Part shown: positions 10,187-22,092 of the stretch, one piece after another
Position numbering within the stretch: position 1 is the stretch's first letter
How the letters are laid out: each line of letters starts with the position of its first letter
Notes under the pieces: generated by a model
Database searches by the model: none
Told to the model about the DNA's origin: nothing
The model's input: the letters and a program-made list of their open reading frames with translations, nothing else
NCBI RefSeq assembly: GCF_001194135.2
Contig: NC_068983.1
Span: 54,626,441 to 54,660,942 of the forward strand
Direction: 5' to 3'
DNA: 34,502 nt
Origin: Octopus bimaculoides
Lineage: Eukaryota
Made by a program: the position numbers and the translations under genes

Positions 10187-10463
10187 CACACTCACACACA
10201 CACTCACACACAAAATAGAGAGTGAAGCATTTTTGCCGTTGTTACGTCAATACCGGAAGTTGATATTGAGGAACCTTTTTAAAGAAGTGAATCTTAAATA
10301 TAAAGCAATATTATTTATTTTTAATTAAAAAAATCAAATGAAGAACCTAAGATTTATCTGAGGTTAAATTATTCTCGCATCACAAGTATGGAAGCATTTG
10401 GTGAAGTCGATTTCACGTGAAAAGCGATTACACACACATCTCTGTTTTATATATAGTATAGAT
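9746..10463 (+). mobile_element. Non-autonomous Helitron/Helentron-like element with internal microsatellites
   Basis: Starts ACTAGCAGAGGCACCCGGCGTTGCTCGGG (hairpin CCCG..CGGG), carries GT/CT/CA tracts and ends TCTGTTTTATATATAGTATAGAT. This resembles Lep1/HINE-type termini as recalled; not searched. Confidence 0.55.
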
Positions 10464-11591
10464 ATAGTTTCATGCATGCCTATATATTCTCTCACTCTCT
10501 CACACACAACACACACACACACCTATTGTATACACACACTATGCAGCACACATATGTACAGATAAGACATATGCACACATGCATACACACACATGTACCT
10601 TTTCGTAAGAAGAAAGCGAAGAAGAAGAGATGGATGGAAGCTAAGAGGAAAGTAGGGACTAGAGACTAAATTGACATTTTAATCATATAGACTAAAATGA
10701 TTATTTTTAAGCATAAAACATACTTTAAGAGTATTAAAGCTTTAATCCATTTAATCCTAAACATACAAAGTTAATGAATGCACACTAATTTCTGTGCAGA
10801 CTCCCACAGTTTGTTTTTAATTTCATTGGATACACTTTAACATCAGTGCATGCATGCATGTAAACGCACAAACACACACACACACAAACATACACAAATA
10901 AATATGTGTGTGTATATATATTTATACGTTTGTCTATATAGAAAAATGACGGTGATGATGATGGTGATATTTTTATATATGTGTAGGGGCATGTGTGTAT
11001 GTATGTCTGAATGTATGCATATATATACATACATATATATATATATATATACACACATATATATATATANNNNNNNNNNNNNNNNNNNNNNNNNNNNNNN
11101 NNNNNNNNNNNNNNNNNNNNNNNNNNNNNNNNNNNNNNNNNNNNNNNNNNNNNNNNNNNNNNNNNNNNNNNNNNNNNNNNNNNNNNNNNNNNNNNNNNNN
11201 NNNNNNNNNNNNNNNNNNNNNNNNNNNNNNNNNNNNNNNNNNNNNNNNNNNNNNNNNNNNNNNNNNNNNNNNNNNNNNNNNNNNNNNNNNNNNNNNNNNN
11301 NNNNNNNNNNNNNNNNNNNNNNNNNNNNNNNNNNNNNNNNNNNNNNNNNNNNNNNNNNNNNNNNNNNNNNNNNNNNNNNNNNNNNNNNNNNNNNNNNNNN
11401 NNNNNNNNNNNNNNNNNNNNNNNNNNNNNNNNNNNNNNNNNNNNNNNNNNNNNNNNNNNNNNNNNNNNNNNNNNNNNNNNNNNNNNNNNNNNNNNNNNNN
11501 NNNNNNNNNNNNNNNNNNNNNNNNNNNTATGTGTGTGTGTGTGTATGTGTGTGTGTGTGTGTATGCACACCTACACACAGGGGTACATATG

Positions 11592-11690
11592 CACTGATAC
11601 TTTGTTTTACATTTCCTCTTCATGATACTACAACCTCTGGATCAGGGAGTTATGTCTGTTTCCAAGGTGTATTAGCTTATAATGAGCTTA
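11592..11690 (+). pseudogene. pogo/Tigger-type transposase fragment
   Basis: 11628 CTA CAA CCT CTG GAT CAG GGA GTT ATG TCT GTT TCC AAG GTG TAT = LQPLDQGVMSVSKVY, the pogo/Tigger QPxDQGV..FK..Y motif. Frameshifted upstream. Confidence 0.55.
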
Positions 11691-11967
11691 TTGTTTACGG
11701 TGTTCTGGTGCACAACAACACATCAGAAAAGGTTAAAAGAGGGAACAGAGAGCAGGCAAATAAGTGAAGTAAAGACAGCAATGGAAGCCAAAAGTACATT
11801 GTATAGTATACAGAATAAAGGACAGAAAAGGGGACAATAAAGGAAGCGTAAAGAAAAAAGGGTGCATAAGTATATCAGGGGTAGTATTGGCGGACTACAT
11901 GAAGCATGGAATTTTTGAAGGATACAGGGTACAGACAACAAAAAACAGATGAGAGTAGTTGAATAAT

Positions 11968-12186
11968 TCTTTCTACTGAAGATACAAGGCCTGAAATTTG
12001 TGGGGAAGGGATTAGTCGATTACATAGACCCCAGTGTTTTACTGGTACTTAATTTATCAACCCCCGGAAGGATGAAAATAAAGTCGACCCCAGCGGAATT
12101 TGAACTCAGAATGGGAAGATGGACAAAATACTGCCAAGAATTTCAGCTGGTGTGCTAACAGCTCTACCACCTTGCTACTTTAAAGG
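11968..12186 (-). mobile_element. SINE family A with 13-bp target-site duplication
   Basis: TSD GTAGTTGAATAAT at 11955-11967 and 12187-12199; B box GCGGAATTTGAACTC (reverse complement). Confidence 0.9.
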
Positions 12187-12348
12187 GTAGTTGAATAATG
12201 AGAACTTGTGGTGTACAACGGTCAGGTGCACTACAACTCATAGAACAAGCAGCCAAAAAACAGATAGAATAACACACAGGAAGGGAACAGTAAATGAGGC
12301 AGTTAAAGACCATGCAACATCAAGACCACGTGAGGCAGACATTAAGAA

Positions 12349-12493
12349 ATTTATCGGCCAGTGAGTTTAAAATCCCTCACCCTAATGAATTCAATTCAGT
12401 GTGTATCATTTTTTTTCTATGTGGGACTATTTATGATACACACTGAATTGAATTCATTAGGGTGAGGGATTTTAAACTCACTGGCCGATAAAT
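12349..12493. repeat. Perfect 61-bp inverted repeat ending at a gap
   Basis: 12349-12409 is the exact reverse complement of 12433-12493, with a 23-nt spacer. Confidence 0.95.
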
Positions 12494-13039
12494 NNNNNNN
12501 NNNNNNNNNNNNNNNNNNNNNNNNNNNNNNNNNNNNNNNNNNNNNNNNNNNNNNNNNNNNNNNNNNNNNNNNNNNNNNNNNNNNNNNNNNNNNNNNNNNN
12601 NNNNNNNNNNNNNNNNNNNNNNNNNNNNNNNNNNNNNNNNNNNNNNNNNNNNNNNNNNNNNNNNNNNNNNNNNNNNNNNNNNNNNNNNNNNNNNNNNNNN
12701 NNNNNNNNNNNNNNNNNNNNNNNNNNNNNNNNNNNNNNNNNNNNNNNNNNNNNNNNNNNNNNNNNNNNNNNNNNNNNNNNNNNNNNNNNNNNNNNNNNNN
12801 NNNNNNNNNNNNNNNNNNNNNNNNNNNNNNNNNNNNNNNNNNNNNNNNNNNNNNNNNNNNNNNNNNNNNNNNNNNNNNNNNNNNNNNNNNNNNNNNNNNN
12901 NNNNNNNNNNNNNNNNNNNNNNNNNNNNNNNNNNNNNNNNNNNNNNNNNNNNNNNNNNNNNNNNNNNNNNNNNNNNNNNNNNNNNNNNNNNNNNNNNNNN
13001 NNNNNNNNNNNNNNNNNATATATATATATATACACACAT

Positions 13040-13207
13040 ATACAACAGGCTTCTTTCAGTTTCCACCTACCAAATTCACTCACAAGGCTTTGGTTGGACC
13101 GAGGCTATAGTAGAAGACACTTGCCCAAGGTGCCACGCAGTGGGACTGAACCTGGAACCATGTGGTTGGTAAGCAAGCTACTTACCACACAGCAACTTCT
13201 ACGCCTA
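13040..13207 (-). mobile_element. SINE family B 5' half
   Basis: CTTGCCCAAGGTGCCACGCAGTGGGACTGAACCTGGAACCATGTGGTTGGTAAGCAAGCTACTTACCACACAGC. Confidence 0.9.
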
Positions 13208-13448
13208 TATTACATTGTTGATGAATTTCAGGAAGCATGGCTGTTTTGAAGAATGTAGAGTTCTAATTGATGATGACATACTAAATCCAGTATAAACACA
13301 CGCCTGTCATATGGTTCGTTCTAGGTATGGCATAGGTATAAAAGAAGAAGAAGTTTGTGTTCTTCTTTTATTTATATATGTTAAATAAAATGAGACAACA
13401 AAACCAAGGCTGTGTGGAATTTTCAGGACATTTATAAAGAGAAAGTTA

Positions 13449-13496
13449 GTCTTACAGCTGTTTCTGGTATATGAGGTATATCCTTTCATCAGAGAC
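13449..13496 (-). ncRNA. Minimal type I hammerhead ribozyme motif, core intact
   Basis: Minus strand: GTCT-CTGATGA-AAGGATATACCTCATATACCA-GAAAC-AGCT-GTA-AGAC. Stem I GTCT/AGAC, palindromic stem III ACAGCTGT, GUA triplet. Confidence 0.75.
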
Positions 13497-13772
13497 GATG
13501 TGTGATGGTTAAATAGAGGGAAATTTAGAGTTCAATATAAGAAGTTATTTTGGAAAAGGATGGAAATAAGGAGTATAGAGGGAAATAGGAGAATGAAAGT
13601 ATGGTCCCTCCATAGTACTAACATAGCGTTACCTGCCACCTTGGGTCTTCTGGATACCAATACCTTTCATAACACCAACCACCCCACAGAGGGAGCTGAG
13701 TACTTTTACATGGTACCAGCACTTGCAGGGTCACCAAGTAACTTGTGAGACAAAGACCCTTTGAGAGGGGAG

Positions 13773-13806
<34 letters not shown>

Positions 13807-13808
<2 letters not shown>

Positions 13809-14194
13809 TTTTATTCTTTTACTTCAATCAGTCATTTGACTCTAGCCATGCTGGAGCACTACCTTTAGTCGAGCAAATCGACCCCAGGACTTATTCTTTG
13901 TAAGCCTAGTACTTTTGCCAAACTGCTAAGTTATGCAGACATAAACACACCAACATCGGTTGTCAAGCGATGGTACGGGAACAAACACAGACACACAAGC
14001 ATATACATATATATATATATATCTATACATATATACGACGGGCTTCTTTCAATTTTCGTCTCCCAAATTCCACTCACAGGCCTTTAGTAAGCCCAAAGCT
14101 ATAGTAGAAGACACTTGCCCAAAGTGACACACAGTGGAACTGAACCTAGAACCATGTGGTTGTGGAGCAAGCTTCTTACCATCCAGCCACAGCT
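13807..14194 (-). mobile_element. SINE family B, full length
   Basis: Tail CCATGCTGGAGCAC, internal (TA)n, and head GACACTTGCCCAAAG..CTGAACCTAGAACCATGTGG (all reverse complement). Confidence 0.88.
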
Positions 14195-14542
14195 ACATAT
14201 ATATATATAACTTCACAACAAAAGATAGACTAACAATTATGGAATGCAGTAAGTCATGGATATGTAATGTTAAATTCTCAAGTTGCAAGATAAAGATGGT
14301 CCTTTACAGTTGTTTTAAAGATTTAGCAACCGGTTGATGCTGCAATGCATATCATGCAGGCAATCGTATATAACGAGGCAATAATTATATGCAACAAATG
14401 AGCAAAAGTGACTCAAAAATATTTTCAAGTCATTTAAAGCATAATACGTAAATATTTTCAAACCGATAATGTTGAATATTCTTGTTGGAGAGAAAAGAGT
14501 ATGTGGGGAAAGAGGGAAGGGGGGTTTTCACATGTGCCTGTA

Positions 14543-14586
<44 letters not shown>

Positions 14587-15006
14587 TATGAGTGCATGAA
14601 TGTGTACTTGTGTATGTGTATATGTATGCATATATGTATGAGCATATATATATATATNNNNNNNNNNNNNNNNNNNNNNNNNNNNNNNNNNNNNNNNNNN
14701 NNNNNNNNNNNNNNNNNNNNNNNNNNNNNNNNNNNNNNNNNNNNNNNNNNNNNNNNNNNNNNNNNNNNNNNNNNNNNNNNNATATAAAATACACATATTT
14801 ATAAGTATATATGTATGTGTGTTTTTGTGTGTGTATAAACATATGTCTGCATATATGAATATGTATGTATATATGTATGTATGTATGTATGTATGCATGT
14901 ATGTATGCATCTATATATCTATGTATGTATGTCTATATATGTGTGTATATATATATATGTATATGTGTGTATATATATATATGTATATGTGTGTACATAT
15001 ATATAC

Positions 15007-15037
<31 letters not shown>

Positions 15038-15138
15038 CAATGATGATGATGATGATGATGACACACACATACATTTATATGTTTATATGTATGTGTATGA
15101 GCATGTATGTGTATTTAAGTGTATTTATATATATATAT

Positions 15139-15290
<152 letters not shown>

Positions 15291-15354
15291 CCATACACAC
15301 ACACACACATACACATGTGTCAGTATATACATATATGCAAGTGTGTGTATATAT

Positions 15355-15555
15355 CTGCTTGTGTTTGTGTTTATGCACTCACTACTTAATGATTGGTGTA
15401 GGTTTGTATATATCCTCATAACTTAGCGGTTTAGCAAGACAGAGACTGATGCAGTAAGTACCAGACATAAATAGTGGGCTCAATTTATTCAACTAAACCC
15501 TTGAAGGAGGTGCCCTAGGGTGGCCACATTCCAATGACTGAAGCAAGCGAAAAAA
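15355..15555 (+). mobile_element. SINE family B 3' half, diverged
   Basis: CATAACTTAGCGGTTTAGCAAG..AACTAAACCCTTGAAGGAGGTGCC..ATGACTGAAGCAAG. Confidence 0.7.
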
Positions 15556-16522
15556 ATACAAGAATTATATAACAGAGTCCTGGATATCTGTGAAAAGGCA
15601 GGATGGCCATGGAGGGCTTTTGATCAACAGACCTTCTCAACCAGGCATGACATGGGGGTTAAACAACAACAATAGTAGTAACCATAGTAACCATAGTAAC
15701 TACAACAACAACAACAATGGTAAGGAAAACTAATTTAATTGCTGCAGCAGTAACAACAATAACAACGACAACAACACCAACAGTAACAGGAAGCAACAGC
15801 ATTATCATCAGCTTCATTGTCAATGACAAGAAGACTTGAAAAGATCCAAACTCTAACAAATTGCAGCAACAACATTAACAACACCAACAAAAAACAATAA
15901 AATAACTTAAATAATGATTTATATATATATATATTTATATATATANNNNNNNNNNNNNNNNNNNNNNNNNNNNNNNNNNNNNNNNNNNNNNNNNNNNNNN
16001 NNNNNNNNNNNNNNNNNNNNNNNNNNNNNNNNNNNNNNNNNNNNNNNNNNNNNNNNNNNNNNNNNNNNNNNNNNNNNNNNNNNNNNNNNNNNNNNNNNNN
16101 NNNNNNNNNNNNNNNNNNNNNNNNNNNNNNNNNNNNNNNNNNNNNNNNNNNNNNNNNNNNNNNNNNNNNNNNNNNNNNNNNNNNNNNNNNNNNNNNNNNN
16201 NNNNNNNNNNNNNNNNNNNNNNNNNNNNNNNNNNNNNNNNNNNNNNNNNNNNNNNNNNNNNNNNNNNNNNNNNNNNNNNNNNNNNNNNNNNNNNNNNNNN
16301 NNNNNNNNNNNNNNNNNNNNNNNNNNNNNNNNNNNNNNNNNNNNNNNNNNNNNNNNNNNNNNNNNNNNNNNNNNNNNNNNNNNNNNNNNNNNNNNNNNNN
16401 NNNNNNNNNNNNNNNNNNNNNNNNNNNNNNNNNNNNNNNNNNNNNNNNNNNNNNNNNNNNNNNNNNNNNNNNNNNNNNNNNNNNNNNNNNNNNNNNNNNN
16501 NNNNNNNNNNNNNNNNNNNNNN

Positions 16523-16565
<43 letters not shown>

Positions 16566-16639
16566 TACACATACATACATATATATATGTAACCTGTTAT
16601 AGATGTATATATGAAAGAAACAAAGTACCATTGACAACA

Positions 16640-16823
16640 AATAACTTCAAAGCAAGCTGCAATAATAACAGCAAAAACAGCCAGAATTGTAACAACAACA
16701 ACAACAACAACAGTTTAAAACAACATTAATTGCAATAGTAAAACAACAACAACAACAATAGTAACATGTTAATGAACATGAGTAATAAAATCTAAACAAA
16801 ACACCATTACAACCACCACCACG

Positions 16824-16868
<45 letters not shown>

Positions 16869-16869
16869 G

Positions 16870-16900
<31 letters not shown>
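16640..16900. repeat. (CAA)n/(CTA)n microsatellites
   Basis: Seen directly; a similar CAA-rich tract lies at 15661-15900. Confidence 0.9.
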
Positions 16901-17058
16901 AGAGCTAATACTATGGCGATAACAACGGCAATAGCAACAGAAAGATTAAACAGAGATAATCAGCTTTTAGAGTTTAATTATAAAGTATGCACACGCACAC
17001 CCCCACACACATGAGTGTGTGCACAAACATACATATATGTATGTAGGTGTGTGTGTGT

Positions 17059-17104
<46 letters not shown>

Positions 17105-17926
17105 CCATACAAATAAATATATTTATACATATATATATATATATATATATATATTACATACACAAATCCATCCATATATACATATATATATANNNNNNNN
17201 NNNNNNNNNNNNNNNNNNNNNNNNNNNNNNNNNNNNNNNNNNNNNNNNNNNNNNNNNNNNNNNNNNNNNNNNNNNNNNNNNNNNNNNNNNNNNNNNNNNN
17301 NNNNNNNNNNNNNNNNNNNNNNNNNNNNNNNNNNNNNNNNNNNNNNNNNNNNNNNNNNNNNNNNNNNNNNNNNNNNNNNNNNNNNNNNNNNNNNNNNNNN
17401 NNNNNNNNNNNNNNNNNNNNNNNNNNNNNNNNNNNNNNNNNNNNNNNNNNNNNNNNNNNNNNNNNNNNNNNNNNNNNNNNNNNNNNNNNNNNNNNNNNNN
17501 NNNNNNNNNNNNNNNNNNNNNNNNNNNNNNNNNNNNNNNNNNNNNNNNNNNNNNNNNNNNNNNNNNNNNNNNNNNNNNNNNNNNNNNNNNNNNNNNNNNN
17601 NNNNNNNNNNNNNNNNNNNNNNNNNNNNNNNNNNNNNNNNNNNNNNNNNNNNNNNNNNNNNNNNNNNNNNNNNNNNNNNNNNNNNNNNNNNNNNNNNNNN
17701 NNNNNNNNNNNNNNNNNNNNNNNNNNNNNNNNNNNNNNNNNNNNNNNNNNNNNNNNNNNNNNNNNNNNNNNNNNNNNNNNNNNNNNNNNNNNNNNNNNNN
17801 NNNNNNNNNNNNNNNNNNNNNNNNNNNNNNNNNNNNNNNNNNNNNNNNNNNNNNNNNNNNNNNNNNNNNNNNNNNNNNNNNNNNNNNNNNNNNNNNNNNN
17901 NNTAGGAGTTACTCAGGAACTGAGAT

Positions 17927-18228
17927 CATCATCATCATCATCATCGTCGTCGTTTAACGTCTGCTTTCCATGCTGGCATGGGTTGGACGATTTGACTGAG
18001 GACTGGTGAACCAGATGGTTGCACCAGGCTCCAATCTGATTTCGCAGAGTTTCTACAGCTGGATGCCCTTCCTAACGCCAACCACTCCGAGAGTGTAGTG
18101 GGTGCTTTTACATGCCACCGGCACGAAGGCCAGTCAGGAGGTACTGGCAATGGCCACGCTCGAAATGGTGTTTTTTACGTGCCACCTGCACAGGAGCCAG
18201 TCCAGTGGCACTGGCAACGATCTCACTG
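17927..18228 (-). mobile_element. Family C (RTE 3' UTR-like repeat)
   Basis: (CAT)n, then GTTTAACGTCTGCTTTCCATGCTGGCATGGG..GGATGCCCTTCCTAACGCCAACC..; close reverse-complement homolog of 31502-31817. Confidence 0.9.
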
Positions 18229-18623
18229 GGAGCACCACCTTAGACTATTTGGCTGTGTTTCTCAATTTTCTCAGCTAGATTCTGCTTACCATTTTCTCTT
18301 CACTGAGGATCTGAGTGGGTCAACAACTCATATTTGTCAATCACCTGCTACATGTTAACAGCAGATGAGAAGGTATCTCATGGAGATGGAGACTGACTGG
18401 AACTCTGCTAAATAGGTCACCCACGAGGACACAGGAGTATACCAACAAACAATGAATACCACAATGCACTGCAAAGGTACAGGCCCCTACATCTGACCTG
18501 ACCTGATCATCACCAGTCCTTAAAGGCAAAAATACCTTAAGTGACCCTTGCTTCCACTTGTGCAGCAACTAGGTTTTATTCTCTGCACTATTATTGTTAT
18601 TTATTTGTTTATTTTCCTGACAG

Positions 18624-18648
18624 GTGACAGCTTCCGAATGAGCCTGTG
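18624..18648 (+). CDS. Candidate short exon, (G)DSFRMSL
   Basis: Strong acceptor TTTATTTTCCTGACAG but weak donor GTG|GTTTTA. Its phase-2 end fits the 25527 candidate. A second AG at 18629-18630 gives a different frame. Confidence 0.15.
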
Positions 18649-19109
18649 GTTTTAAGCTTTCATTATTTTAAACCCATTTTAGGGTCTCTTGTCTATTCAT
18701 ACAGACAACTCCCAATGAAAGAACATTTTTACTAACCTCTGCACTCACCGCCCACACATATGTTACAAAAAATAATCATGAGTCAATTTCACTTCCAATA
18801 CCTTTGACTCTGACTCATGTATTTTACTGATCCATGGTATGAGGGGTCTTTGTAGTATGAGGGGTTTTTGATTGGTGTTTAGTTCACCAACACAACCAGT
18901 TGCCTCACCTCATCTCACCATCAGTCTTGTCAACCAGTCAGACACTGCCATATATCTTCCCATTGTTGATGAAAACACGTCATCCCTCACATTGGATAGG
19001 ATTCTTTTTAATTTTTCATTTCATGATAAATTTGCAGTGTTTGTTTTGATCCTCCACATTCCAAGTTCAAATCCCACCAGAAGGTCTAGTGTCTATATTA
19101 TTTATCTTT

Positions 19110-19288
19110 TATCTTTTTCTTGTTTCAGTCATAAAGACTGCACCCATGCTGGGGCACTGCCCTGAGGGATTTTAGCCGAATGCATTGACCTCATTATTCT
19201 ATCAGTCTCTGTTGCTGAACTACTAAGTTATGGGTACATAAACACACCAATACCAGTTATCAAGCAGGGTTGGGGGACAAACATAAAC
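19110..19288 (-). mobile_element. SINE family B 3' half
   Basis: CTTGTTTCAGTCAT..CCATGCTGGGGCACTGCC..CTAAGTTATGGG..AAACACACCAA. Confidence 0.8.
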
Positions 19289-19456
19289 ATATGCATAGAC
19301 ATATATATGTTGGGGGGGGGGGGATGAATAGAAAATAGAGATATATATAACAATTGCCAATTCAAAACTTAAAATTCAAAATTTATTAGCATAAAACTAT
19401 ATTATATTATATTCTTATAATAATATAACATAATATAATAAATGATAAATATTAAA

Positions 19457-19756
19457 AGATACAGAAATAAATTTTTTATTCTCAAACGCGTGATAATGCT
19501 AATAAAATAGTGTAAACAGGATAAATTATCCACACATTGCAGAAAAATACGTTACCAGCCAGCCATGAACTCACATCCCAGTGATTACGTGTCAAGTGCT
19601 TTACCATTAAGCTAAACTGTCCAGTAACGAATTCTTCTGCAATTTTAGAACTTATAAACACATGATAATGCTAATAAAATAACGTGAACAAGATAAATTA
19701 TCCATACACATTAGCATTATCATGCATTTGAGAATAAAAAAATTATTTCTGTATCT
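19457..19756. mobile_element. Foldback element (47-bp TIRs) enclosing a tRNA-like segment
   Basis: 19457-19503 vs reverse complement of 19710-19756: 44/47 identical. An internal direct repeat of about 48 bp at 19491 and 19663. tRNA-like sequence on the minus strand at 19551-19619. Confidence 0.75.
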
Positions 19757-19811
19757 ATCAATACATCTCAACGCTTACACAGCTGTTCACTTCCACATAT
19801 TCTGCAGTTAT

Positions 19812-20008
19812 TGAACCCTTTAGCAGTTAAACTGGTGATATCAAGCCAACATTGAAACCAGCTAGATCTGGTCTCTCACACCTACCCTACAATGTCATTG
19901 TTAAAATAAACAGTCACATCATCAAACACTTGAAGCTACAAGAGGATTCAAAACAATGAAAATAAATAAATGCCACATTAAACAGTAATCGGAATGCTAA
20001 GGGCTTAA
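19812..20008 (+). mobile_element. piggyBac-like MITE
   Basis: TGAACCCTTTAGCAGTT ... AATGCTAAGGGCTTAA; same family as 5057-5284, opposite orientation. Confidence 0.7.
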
Positions 20009-20049
20009 TGTATTCTGCTTCATGACAAGATTTTACTAATTATTGGGGG

Positions 20050-20330
20050 TTTTGTTCTCCTTACTCCACAACAATAAATCCTCAGGTTTTTAGCTTTAAG
20101 CCCTGAGATTCCCAGCCATTCCACCAACTTTTCTTTACCCATTTTCCTCCCTGTTGAGTTTTTATCTATTTCTCTATTTCCACCCTGTTCAGATATTGAT
20201 CTTTAAAGGGACATTTCTTGTCATCGCTTAGCAATGACACTTTTTAAGCTTATCTTTACTTAATTCTCAACTTCTTCACAATATCTATATTTCTTTTCCT
20301 CCACTTTCTCCTCAAAACTGTCTGTTGCTT
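20050..20330 (-). mobile_element. Highly decayed R4/Dong-type LINE fragment (post-RT region)
   Basis: Minus strand gives KR*QEMSL/DQYLNRV..EIDKTQ..WLGISGLKAK/EGFIVV across frameshifts, resembling the KWQEKPLHGQY..WL..SGLK.ETEGFI region of RLE-type LINEs. Confidence 0.5.
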
Positions 20331-20788
20331 CAGTTTCTGTTTTACATTTGTTGGCTTCTTTGAAGACGTTTATTACCATATTTTTCCATCTTTTCTTTTC
20401 TTTTTTGTTTTTTCCTTGCACTTAGCTCTGTTTTAAATATTAATCTAATGCATCTATAATATTCCTTGTAAAACTTTTCTTTTATTTATGTGCATTACAC
20501 TGTCTACTTCATTGATTTCGAAGTATTTATAGGGTCAGTGTTTGATATAATTCTCTCATCTCTTTCTTTTTATCAGATATGATATTGCTATTCTTAATTA
20601 ATTTTCCTCTCTTCAAAGTGGCTTTGGCAAAAGAGGTTGTGTGAGGAACAAGAGTAAAAGGACTGAAGACAAACATTTTCTTCTTTGACCAAACCATCAT
20701 TTTTATTATTCTTTATTTTTGTTTTGCTTTTTCAAGTTCCACTTGGCGACAAAGAGGAATTGGAAAGTGCAGTGCTGACCTTCACTAA

Positions 20789-21946
20789 ATGTGTTTCTTT
20801 TGGCTTCCATTGAGCAAACCCATTGATAAGGTTTTATCCAGTCCAGGGCTATAGTAGAAGATACATGCCCAGGGTACTTACTACACAATGGGACTGAACT
20901 CAAAATCATGTGGTTTGGAAGAAAATTTGTTAGCCACACGGCCTCATATATAATGCCGCAAAACCTTCAGTAAATTTGTTTTAAATGGTGAGTTAAAAGT
21001 GACAAGTATAACCCAAATAAAATGAGTTTATTCTCAGTTTGTAGACTGTTGTGTTCTTGAGGAAAACATTTCATTTCACATTGCTCCAGGCCACTCAGCA
21101 GTGAGTTCCAGCAATAGTTGGNNNNNNNNNNNNNNNNNNNNNNNNNNNNNNNNNNNNNNNNNNNNNNNNNNNNNNNNNNNNNNNNNNNNNNNNNNNNNNN
21201 NNNNNNNNNNNNNNNNNNNNNNNNNNNNNNNNNNNNNNNNNNNNNNNNNNNNNNNNNNNNNNNNNNNNNNNNNNNNNNNNNNNNNNNNNNNNNNNNNNNN
21301 NNNNNNNNNNNNNNNNNNNNNNNNNNNNNNNNNNNNNNNNNNNNNNNNNNNNNNNNNNNNNNNNNNNNNNNNNNNNNNNNNNNNNNNNNNNNNNNNNNNN
21401 NNNNNNNNNNNNNNNNNNNNNNNNNNNNNNNNNNNNNNNNNNNNNNNNNNNNNNNNNNNNNNNNNNNNNNNNNNNNNNNNNNNNNNNNNNNNNNNNNNNN
21501 NNNNNNNNNNNNNNNNNNNNNNNNNNNNNNNNNNNNNNNNNNNNNNNNNNNNNNNNNNNNNNNNNNNNNNNNNNNNNNNNNNNNNNNNNNNNNNNNNNNN
21601 NNNNNNNNNNNNNATGTGTTTCTTTTGGCTTCCATTGAGCAAACCCATTGATAAGGTTTTATCCAGTCCAGGGCTATAGTAGAAGATACATGCCCAGGGT
21701 ACTTACTACACAATGGGACTGAACTCAAAATCATGTGGTTTGGAAGAAAATTTGTTAGCCACACGGCCTCATATATAATGCCGCAAAACCTTCAGTAAAT
21801 TTGTTTTAAATGGTGAGTTAAAAGTGACAAGTATAACCCAAATAAAATGAGTTTATTCTCAGTTTGTAGACTGTTGTGTTCTTGAGGAAAACATTTCATT
21901 TCACATTGCTCCAGGCCACTCAGCAGTGAGTTCCAGCAATAGTTGG
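20789..21946. other. 333-bp direct duplication on both sides of a gap (probable assembly overlap); includes a minus-strand SINE-B 5' half
   Basis: 20789-21121 appears identical to 21614-21946; each copy ends or starts exactly at the N run. Confidence 0.9.
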
Positions 21947-22092
21947 GAAGGTACCCCTGTGATAGACTAGGGTCCCATTTAGGGGTAGATGGTATTAGTA
22001 ATCTCAGTCATTTATACACTATGGAAAACCTGGTTAAGCTCTAACCTTATGGGTCCTAGGTTTCAAGACAAACCTAAGTACATATATATTTA

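Noticed and set aside
14327-14402. QPVDAAMHIMQAIVYNEA after a TAG acceptor
   Set aside because: No convincing donor, and no phase link to other candidates.
21870-22060. Possible fourth SINE family (GTTGTGTTCTTGAG..CCCTGTGATAGACTAG)
   Set aside because: No recognisable head and no independent second copy (only the artefactual duplicate); too decayed to support.
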